The notes under the pieces: generated by a model | What the model was told of the DNA's origin: nothing | The model's input: the letters and a program-made list of their open reading frames with translations, nothing else | The model's database searches: none | Shown here: positions 55,269 through 64,000 of the stretch, one piece after another | How positions within the stretch are numbered: position 1 is the stretch's first letter | How the letters are laid out: the number at the start of each line of letters is the position of its first letter | Assembly: GCA_003279005.1 (NCBI GenBank) | Contig: QCBY01000004.1 | Coordinates: 27,091-91,090, forward strand | Length of the DNA: 64,000 bases | From: Prochlorococcus sp. AG-347-J22 | GTDB taxonomy: Bacteria; Cyanobacteriota; Cyanobacteriia; PCC-6307; Cyanobiaceae | Direction: 5' to 3' | Translations under genes and position numbers: made by a program

Positions 55269-55901
55269 TTGGAAAAGGCACTGCTCATACTTATGGCTAA
55301 GTGGCATGCATATGGTCGTTGTAAAACCAGATTAGCAAGAGATATAGGAAAGATTTGTTCTGCAAAAATACAAAAAAAAATGACTGAACATACAGTTTCA
55401 GTTGCTAAATCTATTGAAAAAAAAGGTTTAATTGATATTTCCTTAGCTATAACTGGTCTTGGATTAAAAAAGAGTGAAAGATGGTCTAATGAATTAGGGG
55501 TTAAAAACTTTAACTTACAAGGTAAAGGATGTTTAGGAGAAAGGATGAGGAGACAAATTCTCATAAATCAAAAATCAAAACTAAAAAAGACAAGAAATAT
55601 TATTTTAATAGGGACTGATCTTCCAGATTTCTGTCATTTGGATATATTAAATACCCTTACAAAACTTAAAAAAAATGATCTTATTTTAGGCCCATCAAAT
55701 GATGGTGGATATTGGCTAATTGCATTTTCAGAAAAATTATTAACAACTAATTTATATTTACCTTTTATAAATATTAAATGGGGTAGCAAAGACGTACTTG
55801 AACAAACTATAAATAACTTTAGTTCAATCGAATTAGAATATGAATTTCTTCAAAGAAAAATCGATATTGATACAATAGAAGATATCGATAAAAGAAAATA
55901 A
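55269..55901 (+). CDS. DUF2064/TIGR04282-type glycosyltransferase-associated protein
   Basis: MAKW..GRCKTRL, QGKGCLGERM, IGTDLP, LGPSNDGGYWLI, DIDT; likely TTG start at 55269, though the frame is open from ATG 55188. Confidence 0.87.
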   Translation: MEKALLILMAKWHAYGRCKTRLARDIGKICSAKIQKKMTEHTVSVAKSIEKKGLIDISLAITGLGLKKSERWSNELGVKNFNLQGKGCLGERMRRQILINQKSKLKKTRNIILIGTDLPDFCHLDILNTLTKLKKNDLILGPSNDGGYWLIAFSEKLLTTNLYLPFINIKWGSKDVLEQTINNFSSIELEYEFLQRKIDIDTIEDIDKRK

Positions 55902-55906
55902 TTAAG

Positions 55907-56590
55907 TTGCCTAAAATCTCAATTATTATTCCTACATATAATGAATCGAATCATTTACCATTACTTCTTTCAGATTTATCAATATTCAATGAGGGAATTG
56001 AAATTATAATTGTAGATTGTAATAGTAATGACAAAACTAGGGATATAGCAAATATTTATGGAACAAATTTACAAAAATCCCCAGAAAAGAATAGAGGGTT
56101 GCAATTAAATATTGGAGCTAAAAAAGCGAAAGGGGAATGGTTAATTTTTATACATGCAGATTCTAGGCTTAGTCAAGATTGGTTAAAAAAAGTGAAGTCG
56201 ATAATTAGCAAACAGAAAAATTTTGTTTATTTTTTTGAATTCAAAATTAACAATAAAAAGATTATATACAGATTTCTTGAACTGGCGGTAAATCTTAGAG
56301 CCCTATTTTTCAAAAATCCATATGGAGATCAAGGACTCATAATTCATAGGAAAACTTATTTTAAAAATAAAGGGTATAGAAAAATTCCTTTAATGGAAGA
56401 TTTAGATTTTACGAAAAGATTAAAGAAAAATTCACAGCTAAAATTGTTAACTACTCCACTTTTTACCAGTAGCAGGAAGTGGGAAAAAAATAATTTTATT
56501 TTTCAAGCATTCAAAAATTGGAATTTAAGGAGAAGGTGGTTAAGAGGAGAATCTATAAAATCTTTATATTTTGATTACTATAAAAATTAA
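55907..56590 (+). CDS. GT2 glycosyltransferase (TIGR04283-type)
   Basis: SIIIPTYNE, RGLQLNIGA, FIHAD, PYGDQGL, PLMED, TSSRKW. Confidence 0.9.
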   Translation: MPKISIIIPTYNESNHLPLLLSDLSIFNEGIEIIIVDCNSNDKTRDIANIYGTNLQKSPEKNRGLQLNIGAKKAKGEWLIFIHADSRLSQDWLKKVKSIISKQKNFVYFFEFKINNKKIIYRFLELAVNLRALFFKNPYGDQGLIIHRKTYFKNKGYRKIPLMEDLDFTKRLKKNSQLKLLTTPLFTSSRKWEKNNFIFQAFKNWNLRRRWLRGESIKSLYFDYYKN

Positions 56591-56591
56591 A

Positions 56592-57122
56592 CTAATTTGC
56601 ATACCAAAAAGCACATTTTGAACCCCTTGGTTCCAGGACCCAACCTTGTTTTTTATAAAAAGAGACTACTTCGGCATCAGCAAAAAGAGTAACTTTTGAT
56701 ATCCCAATTTTTTTTAATTCTTTCAAGATATAATTCATCAATTCTTTACCTAAACCAAGTCCTTGATATACAGGATTAACAGCAACATCCCATATAGTTG
56801 CTTCAATAATGCCGTCCCCTGTACATCTTGCGAAACCTACAAGCCTAGGAAATTTTTCATCATGACGCCATAAACCTACTACTAAAATACTAAATTCTAA
56901 AGCTCTTTTTACTCTCCTTATTGGCCTTCTACTCCATCCAACAGTCTGTAAAAGTTGATCTAACTCTATAAGATCAAACTCCTTATGTTTACTACAAACA
57001 AAAATCTCTTTTTTATCTTTAAGGGTGAATTCGAAAGCATTCAAACCATAATATTTAATGAGCTCATCTTGTGAGAGAGTATTTGTTTTCTTAGTTGATG
57101 ATCCCTTGTTTCTAAAAATCAT
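56592..57122 (-). CDS. GNAT acetyltransferase (Ycf52/NSI-like)
   Basis: VGWSRRP, GFARCTGDG, IWDVAVNPVYQGLGLGK, FY. Confidence 0.9.
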   Translation of the reverse strand: MIFRNKGSSTKKTNTLSQDELIKYYGLNAFEFTLKDKKEIFVCSKHKEFDLIELDQLLQTVGWSRRPIRRVKRALEFSILVVGLWRHDEKFPRLVGFARCTGDGIIEATIWDVAVNPVYQGLGLGKELMNYILKELKKIGISKVTLFADAEVVSFYKKQGWVLEPRGSKCAFWYAN

Positions 57123-58918
57123 TAAAAACTAGCAAATCCTTTTTCTTGAAGCTCAGAGAGTTGGAAATATAAACCCCTTTTAAGCCTAAGCTCTCTATGA
57201 TTTCCTTCTTCAATCAAGGCTCCATCTTTTAAGACTAATATCTTATCAGATTTTTCAATAGTAGCTAATCTATGTGCAATTACTAATGCCGTTCTTTTAT
57301 TCAAAATTCTTTCAAGATCTTTTTGCAAAGTCGCCTCTGTTGATGGATCCATAAATGCAGTAGCTTCATCCATTATTAAAATAATTGGATTTCTTATAGC
57401 AACTCTAGCTACTGAGAGAAGTTGCCTTTCTCCGGATGAGAGATTACCTCCTCTTTCCCTCAGATAAGTATTTAAACCATTAGGCAACTTTTTTAATAAA
57501 GTATCCAGACCCAATTCTTTACAAATATTTTCTAAATCTTGATTATTAATATCTGTATTTAATTTTAAGTTGTTGGCAACATTCCCACTAAAAATGAAAG
57601 TATCTTGTAAGACTACACCAAGCATATTTCTAAGTCTTGAAATTGGTATATCTTTGATGTCTACATCATCTATTAAAATTTGACCATTTTGAGGCTCATA
57701 TAGTCTGCAAAGTAACCTTATAATTGTTGTTTTACCAGAACCAGTTGGACCAACAAAAGCTACGTGTTCTCCTGGATTAACTAAAAATGACAAATCTTTT
57801 ATTACATGTTCACCCTCTCTATAGAAAAAATTGACATTACGAAATTCAATCTTACCTTTAAATTTATAATTCTTATTTAAGATGCCTTTATACATTTGTT
57901 GAGTAGAAAAAGAGTCTTTAATCTCAATTTCTTCATCTAACAATTCATTGATCCTCTCTACAGCAGTAAGTCCTCCTTGAATCTGTGTAAATCTCTCTGC
58001 TAACTGCCTTAAAGGCTCGAAGAGTCTTTGGGAATAAAGAATAAAAGTTGTTAATGTTCCTAAACCAATATTACCCGAAGTTACAAGATACCCTCCCACA
58101 GCCAATACCAAAGACACTGCTGCAAGAGATATCCATTCTATAAAAGCAGATATACTACTATCGTAAAAAATGGTCCCATTAACTGCTTTCTGATATGCGA
58201 TACCTGTATTAGAAAATTTCTTACTGTTAAAAAATTCTCTCCTAAACATCTGAACTACCTCTAAACCTTGAAGGTTCTCTTGGAAGTCAGAATTGAGTTG
58301 TGACAACTCCTCCCTTACTTGATAATTTGCTTTTCTATAACGTTTTTGAAGCCAAATAATAAAATAGGAAACTGGGATTTGAGTAAAAAGAAGCAAAACT
58401 GCCAAACCTTTATCTATCGAAAGCATCGTCAACGAAATAACAATAAGACTTACAAAATCAGCAATAACTCCAACTGCCCCACTGCCAAAAACCTCAGCCA
58501 AAGCATCTACATCATTGGTAAGTCTTGTCAACAATTTACCAACAGGCATTTTATCGTGAAACTTCAGAGAAAGAGAAATGGAATGATCGAAAAGCTCCCT
58601 TCTAATCCTTGCTGTTAATCTTTGTCCAACGGATTGGATATTATATGATTGATAACCTTGCAAAACTAATCTAAATAGAACAGTTATGAATAAGGTAATA
58701 GTAATTAGATTTATAGACTGACCAAAGATGGTTTTGCTTAGCCAGACATTTGTACTCTCATTTTTTAGGATTGTTATAGCTTGACCAACCAATAATGGTT
58801 GAATTGCTCCTGCGAATGAAACTGGTATCAAAACTATTAGAATAAGAAAAATAGTTTTTTTATCATTAGTTAAATATCTACCTAACTTTTTGATTCTATT
58901 AAAATCATTCACAAACAT
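57122..58918 (-). CDS. ABC exporter, fused permease/ATPase (multidrug type)
   Basis: Transmembrane domain with RLTNDV; GPTGSGKT, LSSGERQ, DEATA, IAHRL. Confidence 0.93.
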   Translation of the reverse strand: MFVNDFNRIKKLGRYLTNDKKTIFLILIVLIPVSFAGAIQPLLVGQAITILKNESTNVWLSKTIFGQSINLITITLFITVLFRLVLQGYQSYNIQSVGQRLTARIRRELFDHSISLSLKFHDKMPVGKLLTRLTNDVDALAEVFGSGAVGVIADFVSLIVISLTMLSIDKGLAVLLLFTQIPVSYFIIWLQKRYRKANYQVREELSQLNSDFQENLQGLEVVQMFRREFFNSKKFSNTGIAYQKAVNGTIFYDSSISAFIEWISLAAVSLVLAVGGYLVTSGNIGLGTLTTFILYSQRLFEPLRQLAERFTQIQGGLTAVERINELLDEEIEIKDSFSTQQMYKGILNKNYKFKGKIEFRNVNFFYREGEHVIKDLSFLVNPGEHVAFVGPTGSGKTTIIRLLCRLYEPQNGQILIDDVDIKDIPISRLRNMLGVVLQDTFIFSGNVANNLKLNTDINNQDLENICKELGLDTLLKKLPNGLNTYLRERGGNLSSGERQLLSVARVAIRNPIILIMDEATAFMDPSTEATLQKDLERILNKRTALVIAHRLATIEKSDKILVLKDGALIEEGNHRELRLKRGLYFQLSELQEKGFASF

Positions 58919-58922
58919 TTAT

Positions 58923-59570
58923 TTAAATTTGCTTAGTTGTTTTAGAAGATTCTATTGATAAAATTACATCTCGGAGAGGATTGCTATCTAATCTAATAGA
59001 TAGAGGATTAGCAATTAACCTTGCAGTTGAATAAAAAAGATCGTCAATTTTATTTAAACCGTTTTCTTTAAGAGTCTTACCTGTTGCGACCAAATCAACA
59101 ATGGCTTCAGCCATACCCGTAATAGGGCCAAGCTCAACTGAACCCGTTAAATGCACAATCTCCACTGGTATATTTAATTCATCAAAATAGGCTCTTGCCG
59201 TTTTTGTAAATTTACTTGCCACTTTACAGTTGGCTGGGAGATCGGTAGGTTTTAGATAATTACTAGTATTTTTTACTGCAAGGGACATATAGCATCCCCC
59301 AAAATCTAAATCAAGTAACTTAGCTACTTTTAATTCAGATTCCTGTAATACGTCATATCCTACAATTCCTAAATCAGCTTGACCGTAACTTACATAAACT
59401 GGTACGTCTCCATTCCTTACCAATAAGGCTTTTGCCTTTTTACATTTTGATTCAATAGTTAGTGATCTATTGTTTTCTATTAGTGCATCAGAGAAGTCTA
59501 ATCCTGCTTTTTTAAAAATTAAAATTGAATCTTTTAACAGAGCCCCTTTAGGTAAAGCTATAGTAATCAT
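58923..59570 (-). CDS. hisG: ATP phosphoribosyltransferase, short form (needs HisZ)
   Basis: [30 protein letters not shown]; no C-terminal regulatory domain. Confidence 0.97.
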   Translation of the reverse strand: MITIALPKGALLKDSILIFKKAGLDFSDALIENNRSLTIESKCKKAKALLVRNGDVPVYVSYGQADLGIVGYDVLQESELKVAKLLDLDFGGCYMSLAVKNTSNYLKPTDLPANCKVASKFTKTARAYFDELNIPVEIVHLTGSVELGPITGMAEAIVDLVATGKTLKENGLNKIDDLFYSTARLIANPLSIRLDSNPLRDVILSIESSKTTKQI

Positions 59571-59606
59571 AGATCAATTTTTACACAATCTGTTAATTCT
59601 AAGGTA

Positions 59607-60350
59607 ATGATGGGATTTAATAAAGACCAAAAAATAATTGGGATTAGAGTTTTAAAGGATAATGTCATTTGGGTATGGAAAAACGATAACTCAGCAGTTG
59701 TAGTTGATCCTGCCCTTTCTCAACCAGTAATAGAATACCTAAAAGCAAACAATCTCGATTTAGAGGCTATTTTACAGACACATCATCACTCAGATCATAT
59801 TGGAGGAACTAGAGAGCTTATTAAAGAATGGCCGAATGTAAAAGTAATAGCCTCAGTAAAGGAAAAAAATCGGATACCTTTTCAAAATTTATCTGTCAGC
59901 GATGGAGACAAGTTACGATTATTAAATAAAGAAGTTCAAGTAATCGAGGTAATAGGACATACAATATCCCATATAGCTTTCCACTTAAATAGTGAAGTTC
60001 CCGTTCTTTTTATTGGAGATACATTATTTTCGGCTGGATGTGGAAGAGTCTTTGAAGGAACTTATAACCAAATGTATAATTCTCTAAAAAAAATAAAGTC
60101 ACTACCAAAAAACACCCTTATTTATTGTGCACACGAATATACAAAGTCAAATCTTTTATGGGCATTAGATATTGAACCAGAAAATAAAAATTTAAAAAAG
60201 AAACTCATTGAAGTTGAAAAGAAAATATCTTTAGAAGAACTTACAATTCCATCCCTACTTAAAGAAGAGATGAAAATTAATCTTTTCTTAAGGGCAGATA
60301 ATTTAAAAAGATTTTCTTTTTTAAGAGCGAATAAAGATTCATGGGTTTAA
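59607..60350 (+). CDS. gloB: Hydroxyacylglutathione hydrolase (glyoxalase II)
   Basis: [30 protein letters not shown]. Confidence 0.95.
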   Translation: MMGFNKDQKIIGIRVLKDNVIWVWKNDNSAVVVDPALSQPVIEYLKANNLDLEAILQTHHHSDHIGGTRELIKEWPNVKVIASVKEKNRIPFQNLSVSDGDKLRLLNKEVQVIEVIGHTISHIAFHLNSEVPVLFIGDTLFSAGCGRVFEGTYNQMYNSLKKIKSLPKNTLIYCAHEYTKSNLLWALDIEPENKNLKKKLIEVEKKISLEELTIPSLLKEEMKINLFLRADNLKRFSFLRANKDSWV

Positions 60351-60375
60351 ATTTAAATAAATACAATTTATTAAA

Positions 60376-60768
60376 ATGTCTTCAATAAAAGTAATTAAGA
60401 CTTCAAATGCACCAGAACCAGTTGGACCATACAATCAAGCAATAAAAGCAGGAGGGTTCATCTATTGTTCTGGACAAATAGCTATTGATCCAGTTTCAAA
60501 TAAAATAAATTGCCTAGGTAATATCAAAGAGGAAACTACTCAAGTTTTAAAAAATCTTTTTGCTGTTCTTGATGCAGGAGGTGCGAAAGCAAAAGATGTT
60601 ATAAAAACAACTATTTTTTTAACTGATTTAAAAAATTTTCAAACTGTTAATGCAATCTACAATGACTTCTTTATGGTAGATAAACCTCCCGCAAGAGCAT
60701 GTGTTGAGGTTTCTTCTTTACCAAAAGGCGTTTCAATTGAAATAGATTGTGTTGCATTTCTAGATTAA
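60376..60768 (+). CDS. ridA: RidA/Rid family enamine deaminase
   Basis: APEPVGPYNQA, SGQI, PPARACVEV..LPK...EI. Confidence 0.92.
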   Translation: MSSIKVIKTSNAPEPVGPYNQAIKAGGFIYCSGQIAIDPVSNKINCLGNIKEETTQVLKNLFAVLDAGGAKAKDVIKTTIFLTDLKNFQTVNAIYNDFFMVDKPPARACVEVSSLPKGVSIEIDCVAFLD

Positions 60769-60788
60769 TTTCTAATTATTTAGAAATT
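60767..60788. other. 9-bp inverted repeat at the ridA stop
   Basis: AATTTCTAA-TTAT-TTAGAAATT; no U-tract, so a terminator role is uncertain. Confidence 0.4.
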
Positions 60789-60853
60789 TGAAATAAGAGT
60801 CAATAATGCATCATTATTATATAGATTATTAGTTAATAATTCTTCTTTGATCT

Positions 60854-61084
60854 ATGACAGCAGCAAAGCTAAATATAGACGAACTAGAAGCAGGATACCC
60901 TTTATTTTGTAAGGCTCTAAGATTGTTAATTTTAAAAGGCAATTCACTTAATGATATTAAGAAGACGGTTTGTTGGGGTCATCTTGAAACATTAAATAGA
61001 TGTCTGCCTGGAAGGTATAAAGCTCCTACTTACCTAATGGCTTTAATCAAAAGAGATATAGATAAACCTAATAATTTTAATTAA
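60854..61084 (+). CDS. DUF3136 family protein
   Basis: ELEAGYPLFCKALR...TVCW.HLETL..CLP.RYKAP motif. Confidence 0.85.
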   Translation: MTAAKLNIDELEAGYPLFCKALRLLILKGNSLNDIKKTVCWGHLETLNRCLPGRYKAPTYLMALIKRDIDKPNNFN

Positions 61085-61325
61085 TCTTTATTTTTGAGTA
61101 AAAACTATCTATTTGATTAGAAAAATCCTTTTCTGATGATGTTAGCTTTTCTGAATTTAAAAAAATTGTGATACTTACAAAAGTATTACCAAAACTAATA
61201 TTTGGAAATATATTTTTCTCTTTACATAATTCATCAATCATTTTCATGAATTTACTAATTTTTGAATATTCCTCAAACTCAAATCTTTTTTCAACTCTTG
61301 GAGGTGATTCTCTTTTATTCCACAT
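61077..61325 (-). CDS. Pterin-4a-carbinolamine dehydratase-like Rubisco assembly factor (acRAF/Raf2-like)
   Basis: ATG 61325 MWNKRESP..EKRFEFEEY...PNISFG; directly after csoS4B; catalytic HHP absent. Confidence 0.82.
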   Translation of the reverse strand: MWNKRESPPRVEKRFEFEEYSKISKFMKMIDELCKEKNIFPNISFGNTFVSITIFLNSEKLTSSEKDFSNQIDSFYSKIKIN

Positions 61326-61332
61326 TAATATT

Positions 61333-61581
61333 TTAATTAGATTCCCAATTATCAATAATTCCGCCAATTGTTAAATCAGTTTGAACTTCTGGATTAGGAC
61401 AAGCAAACCTTGCTGCCGAACCGCTTGCAGTAAAAACGAAGTTACCTTCTCTAGCTCCAACTGGATCAACTGCAACAACTTTTTTACCTCTATTATTCTC
61501 CAGAATCCTCAAATTCATATATCCCAAGCCTGCAACTCTCTGAGTACACACCATTCTTCCACAGACCTTCATTATTTCCAA
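61333..61581 (-). CDS. csoS4B: Carboxysome pentameric vertex protein B
   Basis: MEIMKV, VAVDPVGA, GSAAR, DLTIGGIID; GGAGG ribosome-binding site upstream. Confidence 0.95.
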   Translation of the reverse strand: MEIMKVCGRMVCTQRVAGLGYMNLRILENNRGKKVVAVDPVGAREGNFVFTASGSAARFACPNPEVQTDLTIGGIIDNWESN

Positions 61582-61599
61582 AATTAATTACACCTCCAA

Positions 61600-61854
61600 T
61601 TAAAGTTCACTTTCAGGATCCCAATGATCAATTATCCCAACAATTGTTAAATCACTTGGATAGGATTTACTACCTGCAGCCTCTCTTGCAGCGGAACTAC
61701 CAACACAAATGACCCAATCACCTGGTTTACAACCAACAGAGTCAACTGCGACTTTTTGTGATGATCCATCTAAAACTACTTGTAAATGTCTATGTTCAAA
61801 TCCAGGAATTCTATTGGTTGATACAAGTGGTTTAACCACCTTACAAATAAGCAT
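61600..61854 (-). CDS. csoS4A: Carboxysome pentameric vertex protein A
   Basis: MLICKV..PLVSTNR, VAVD.VG, GSSAAR, DLTIVGIID. Confidence 0.96.
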   Translation of the reverse strand: MLICKVVKPLVSTNRIPGFEHRHLQVVLDGSSQKVAVDSVGCKPGDWVICVGSSAAREAAGSKSYPSDLTIVGIIDHWDPESEL

Positions 61855-61856
61855 AA

Positions 61857-63386
61857 CTAGTGAGCCTCCTCTAATTTTTTATCAAAAGACATTCCAATAA
61901 TATGAGCGGAATGTATATTGTCTCTATCTCTAATAGTAAGACAAGTATGCAACAAACCTTGATCAACTAAATTTTTATATCTAATTGATATCGCATTATT
62001 TACTCTCTTACAATCATTTATTGCTCTTTCTTTTGCTCCTGGCACTTTGCCAGAGTAATCAAATCTTATTACTACTGGTATTGGAAGATCCTTTGAGACA
62101 TTCAACCCCTTAAAAATTTTCACTCCAACATCTAAATCTGGAGCTCCCTCTTCAACAGTATCTAAATGGGCAAAATAAGTTAAATTCCTTAAATGTACCT
62201 CTTTGAAGCCTATCCCAACTCCAATAAATTTCTCAGCATGACCAATATCTTTATAAGAACCTTTATAAAATTTTCTTACGTAGTCAATTTGGGAAATATT
62301 ATTAACTATTAATTTAAAAATAAATTTATTTATTCCTCTTAGCTGATCCTTAGAAGATTTTCTATCGATAATTTGACAAATTTCTTTTTCAGCTTCTTCT
62401 TTTGAAAAATTAATTGTCGAATTATATATTTCTAAAGTTGAAATAGTTTTTTCTAAATCTATGTTACCGTCGCTGGTAGACAAATGAATCTTTAATGAGT
62501 CCGTATCAGTATCGAGGCCAATTAACATAAGGTCAACTGAAGCACCACAACAGAAACTATTTTCAACAGCCTCTCTAAAAGCAAGTAACTTTTTGCTCCC
62601 TTCCTTAGCAGCCAATTGATCATCACTTCCATGTGCAGCACATCCCTGATGCAGAGGATCAACAGAACTAAAATGATAAGTAACTACTTTTAAATATCTT
62701 GTATCTGCATGTGCTTCATTAGGGCTGCCCTCTCTATACCTTTTGTGCTCTGTCTTAACCCATCTGTTTACAGTATTTTCAATATCAAAAAGCGCTCCTG
62801 CATGAGATCTTCTTCTAACAGCGCTAAATGGAATTCTCATAACATATGCAACTGAATGAGCTAATCTGCCATCGGAGCAAGGAGTGATGTCGAGTAAATG
62901 AATACCACAATCCAACATAAATTTTTCAAATTCTTTTGCGCTCTTTCCCCCACTAGCACCATCTAAAGGGTCTTTTTCAAAAAAATCATCACTTAATTTT
63001 TCATGCTGTTTAAAAGAACACCAAGCATATAAAGCTCTCATATCCAAGGGTTTGACCCAAGATTTTTCCAATATATGAAGAGGTAAGTCTATACTCAAAT
63101 TATTTTTTGCGATGCTTTGAGCTGTATTTATAAAATTATCATGGTGTTGAATACGAGCGATTTCTTTTAAGGTTGGAACGATGTTATCAAAATTATTTTT
63201 TATCTGACTTTCATATTGATATAGTTTTTCGTTCTGTAAAACATTTGTTAATTTATGAGTCTTTTGGGTATTTACCAGATTATTAAAATTATTAGTTTGC
63301 TTATGAACATTTTCTGTAAAAGTTTTCATCGGAGCCGTAGGACCCAATGTAAAGTTCTTTCTTTTAGCCAGTCCTCTCAAAGGCAT
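61857..63386 (-). CDS. csoSCA: Carboxysome shell carbonic anhydrase (CsoS3)
   Basis: PCSDGRL, HAGALFD, YHFSS...GCAAH Zn ligands, GHAE, EEGAPD. Confidence 0.96.
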   Translation of the reverse strand: MPLRGLAKRKNFTLGPTAPMKTFTENVHKQTNNFNNLVNTQKTHKLTNVLQNEKLYQYESQIKNNFDNIVPTLKEIARIQHHDNFINTAQSIAKNNLSIDLPLHILEKSWVKPLDMRALYAWCSFKQHEKLSDDFFEKDPLDGASGGKSAKEFEKFMLDCGIHLLDITPCSDGRLAHSVAYVMRIPFSAVRRRSHAGALFDIENTVNRWVKTEHKRYREGSPNEAHADTRYLKVVTYHFSSVDPLHQGCAAHGSDDQLAAKEGSKKLLAFREAVENSFCCGASVDLMLIGLDTDTDSLKIHLSTSDGNIDLEKTISTLEIYNSTINFSKEEAEKEICQIIDRKSSKDQLRGINKFIFKLIVNNISQIDYVRKFYKGSYKDIGHAEKFIGVGIGFKEVHLRNLTYFAHLDTVEEGAPDLDVGVKIFKGLNVSKDLPIPVVIRFDYSGKVPGAKERAINDCKRVNNAISIRYKNLVDQGLLHTCLTIRDRDNIHSAHIIGMSFDKKLEEAH

Positions 63387-63394
63387 TTACTTAA

Positions 63395-64000
63395 TTAACC
63401 TCTTGCACCACCTGAGAAGGTTACAAGTTGCCCTTCTCGAGTATTCCCACTAGATCCAGTGATAAGAAAATCAGGCTCTTTCATTTCTTCATTTCTCTTG
63501 GTATCCATTACGGGCATTGCGCTTGTCTTTCCAGGTCTTGTAGGATTTCTTTTTCTTGCAGAAGCCCCTTCAGTACCTGTTACTCTATCTCCTCTATCCC
63601 AATCATCTCCTGTAATATTTAACCCAGCAGATTGACCTTCACCTGTAATTCTTGATTGCGCTCTATCTTTCGCTGAATCAAACTTTTTTGAATCTTTTTT
63701 TGGAGTTAAAAGGTGATTTTTGTTTTTATCAAACCTGAATTGTTCAGTTCCAGTTACTTTATCTACAGCCATATCAAATGGACCAGTAATTTTAGAACCA
63801 TTCTCATATTCATTACCAGTAACTCCCTCTCTGTTTTTATCTGAGTATCTATCTCTTGAAGGGGAATTTACGGAAAAATCATCCCATGTTTTCAAATTTT
63901 TTCTTTCGTTATTGGCGTAATTATTTTCAGAAGAATGATTAGAGCAATTATCTCCTAGTTGATCTCCTCCAACATAAGGAGTACCAGTCGGATTTAAACA
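63395..64000 (-). CDS. csoS2: Carboxysome scaffold CsoS2, C-terminal part; runs off the window edge
   Basis: Frame open to position 64000 (CLNPTGTPYVG...); [VI]TG repeats and terminal LITGSSGNT...VTFSGGARG. Confidence 0.95.
   Translation of the reverse strand, partial: CLNPTGTPYVGGDQLGDNCSNHSSENNYANNERKNLKTWDDFSVNSPSRDRYSDKNREGVTGNEYENGSKITGPFDMAVDKVTGTEQFRFDKNKNHLLTPKKDSKKFDSAKDRAQSRITGEGQSAGLNITGDDWDRGDRVTGTEGASARKRNPTRPGKTSAMPVMDTKRNEEMKEPDFLITGSSGNTREGQLVTFSGGARG

Noticed and set aside
61326-61367. N-terminal extension of the PCD-like ORF overlapping csoS4B
   Set aside because: Longest-ORF artefact; the family-typical start MW is at 61325
63395-64000. csoS2 truncation or programmed frameshift
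   Set aside because: The listed 166-aa ORF is a window-edge artefact; the frame is open to 64000 and the middle region where frameshifting occurs in other organisms is largely outside the window

Overview
AT-rich, very gene-dense core-genome segment of a marine picocyanobacterium, almost certainly a high-light Prochlorococcus. The basis is the alpha-carboxysome cso genes, a gammaproteobacterial-type thrS, dnaA without adjacent dnaN, an intron-less tRNA-Leu(UAA) and very short spacers. It runs from an amidase/Nit1/comB operon through aroA, glmU, murF, glgA, menBD, a Mn-type ABC transporter, trpS-thrS-glk-thrB, ndhD, prlC, proA, tamB, glgB, hemE, petE, clpB, hisIE, a group-2 sigma factor, trpA, ndhL, pyrC, gor, dnaA and hisG into the 3' end of the carboxysome operon (csoS2, csoSCA, csoS4A/B, PCD-like chaperone). 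I saw no mobile element, prophage, CRISPR array or defence island, and I cannot demonstrate a new multi-gene system. The best leads are regulatory: (i) a sigma factor/DUF1232/HTH cassette with an 11-bp tandem repeat and a 20-bp palindrome upstream and Cys residues in sigma region 4.2; (ii) a possible pseudoknot or switch in the hemE leader; (iii) a probable ribbon-helix-helix protein heading the trpS-thrS operon; (iv) an A15 tract between dnaA and a glycosyltransferase pair; (v) an ATT start codon for comB; (vi) several degenerate-motif enzymes. All product calls come from motif recognition by eye, with no database searches.
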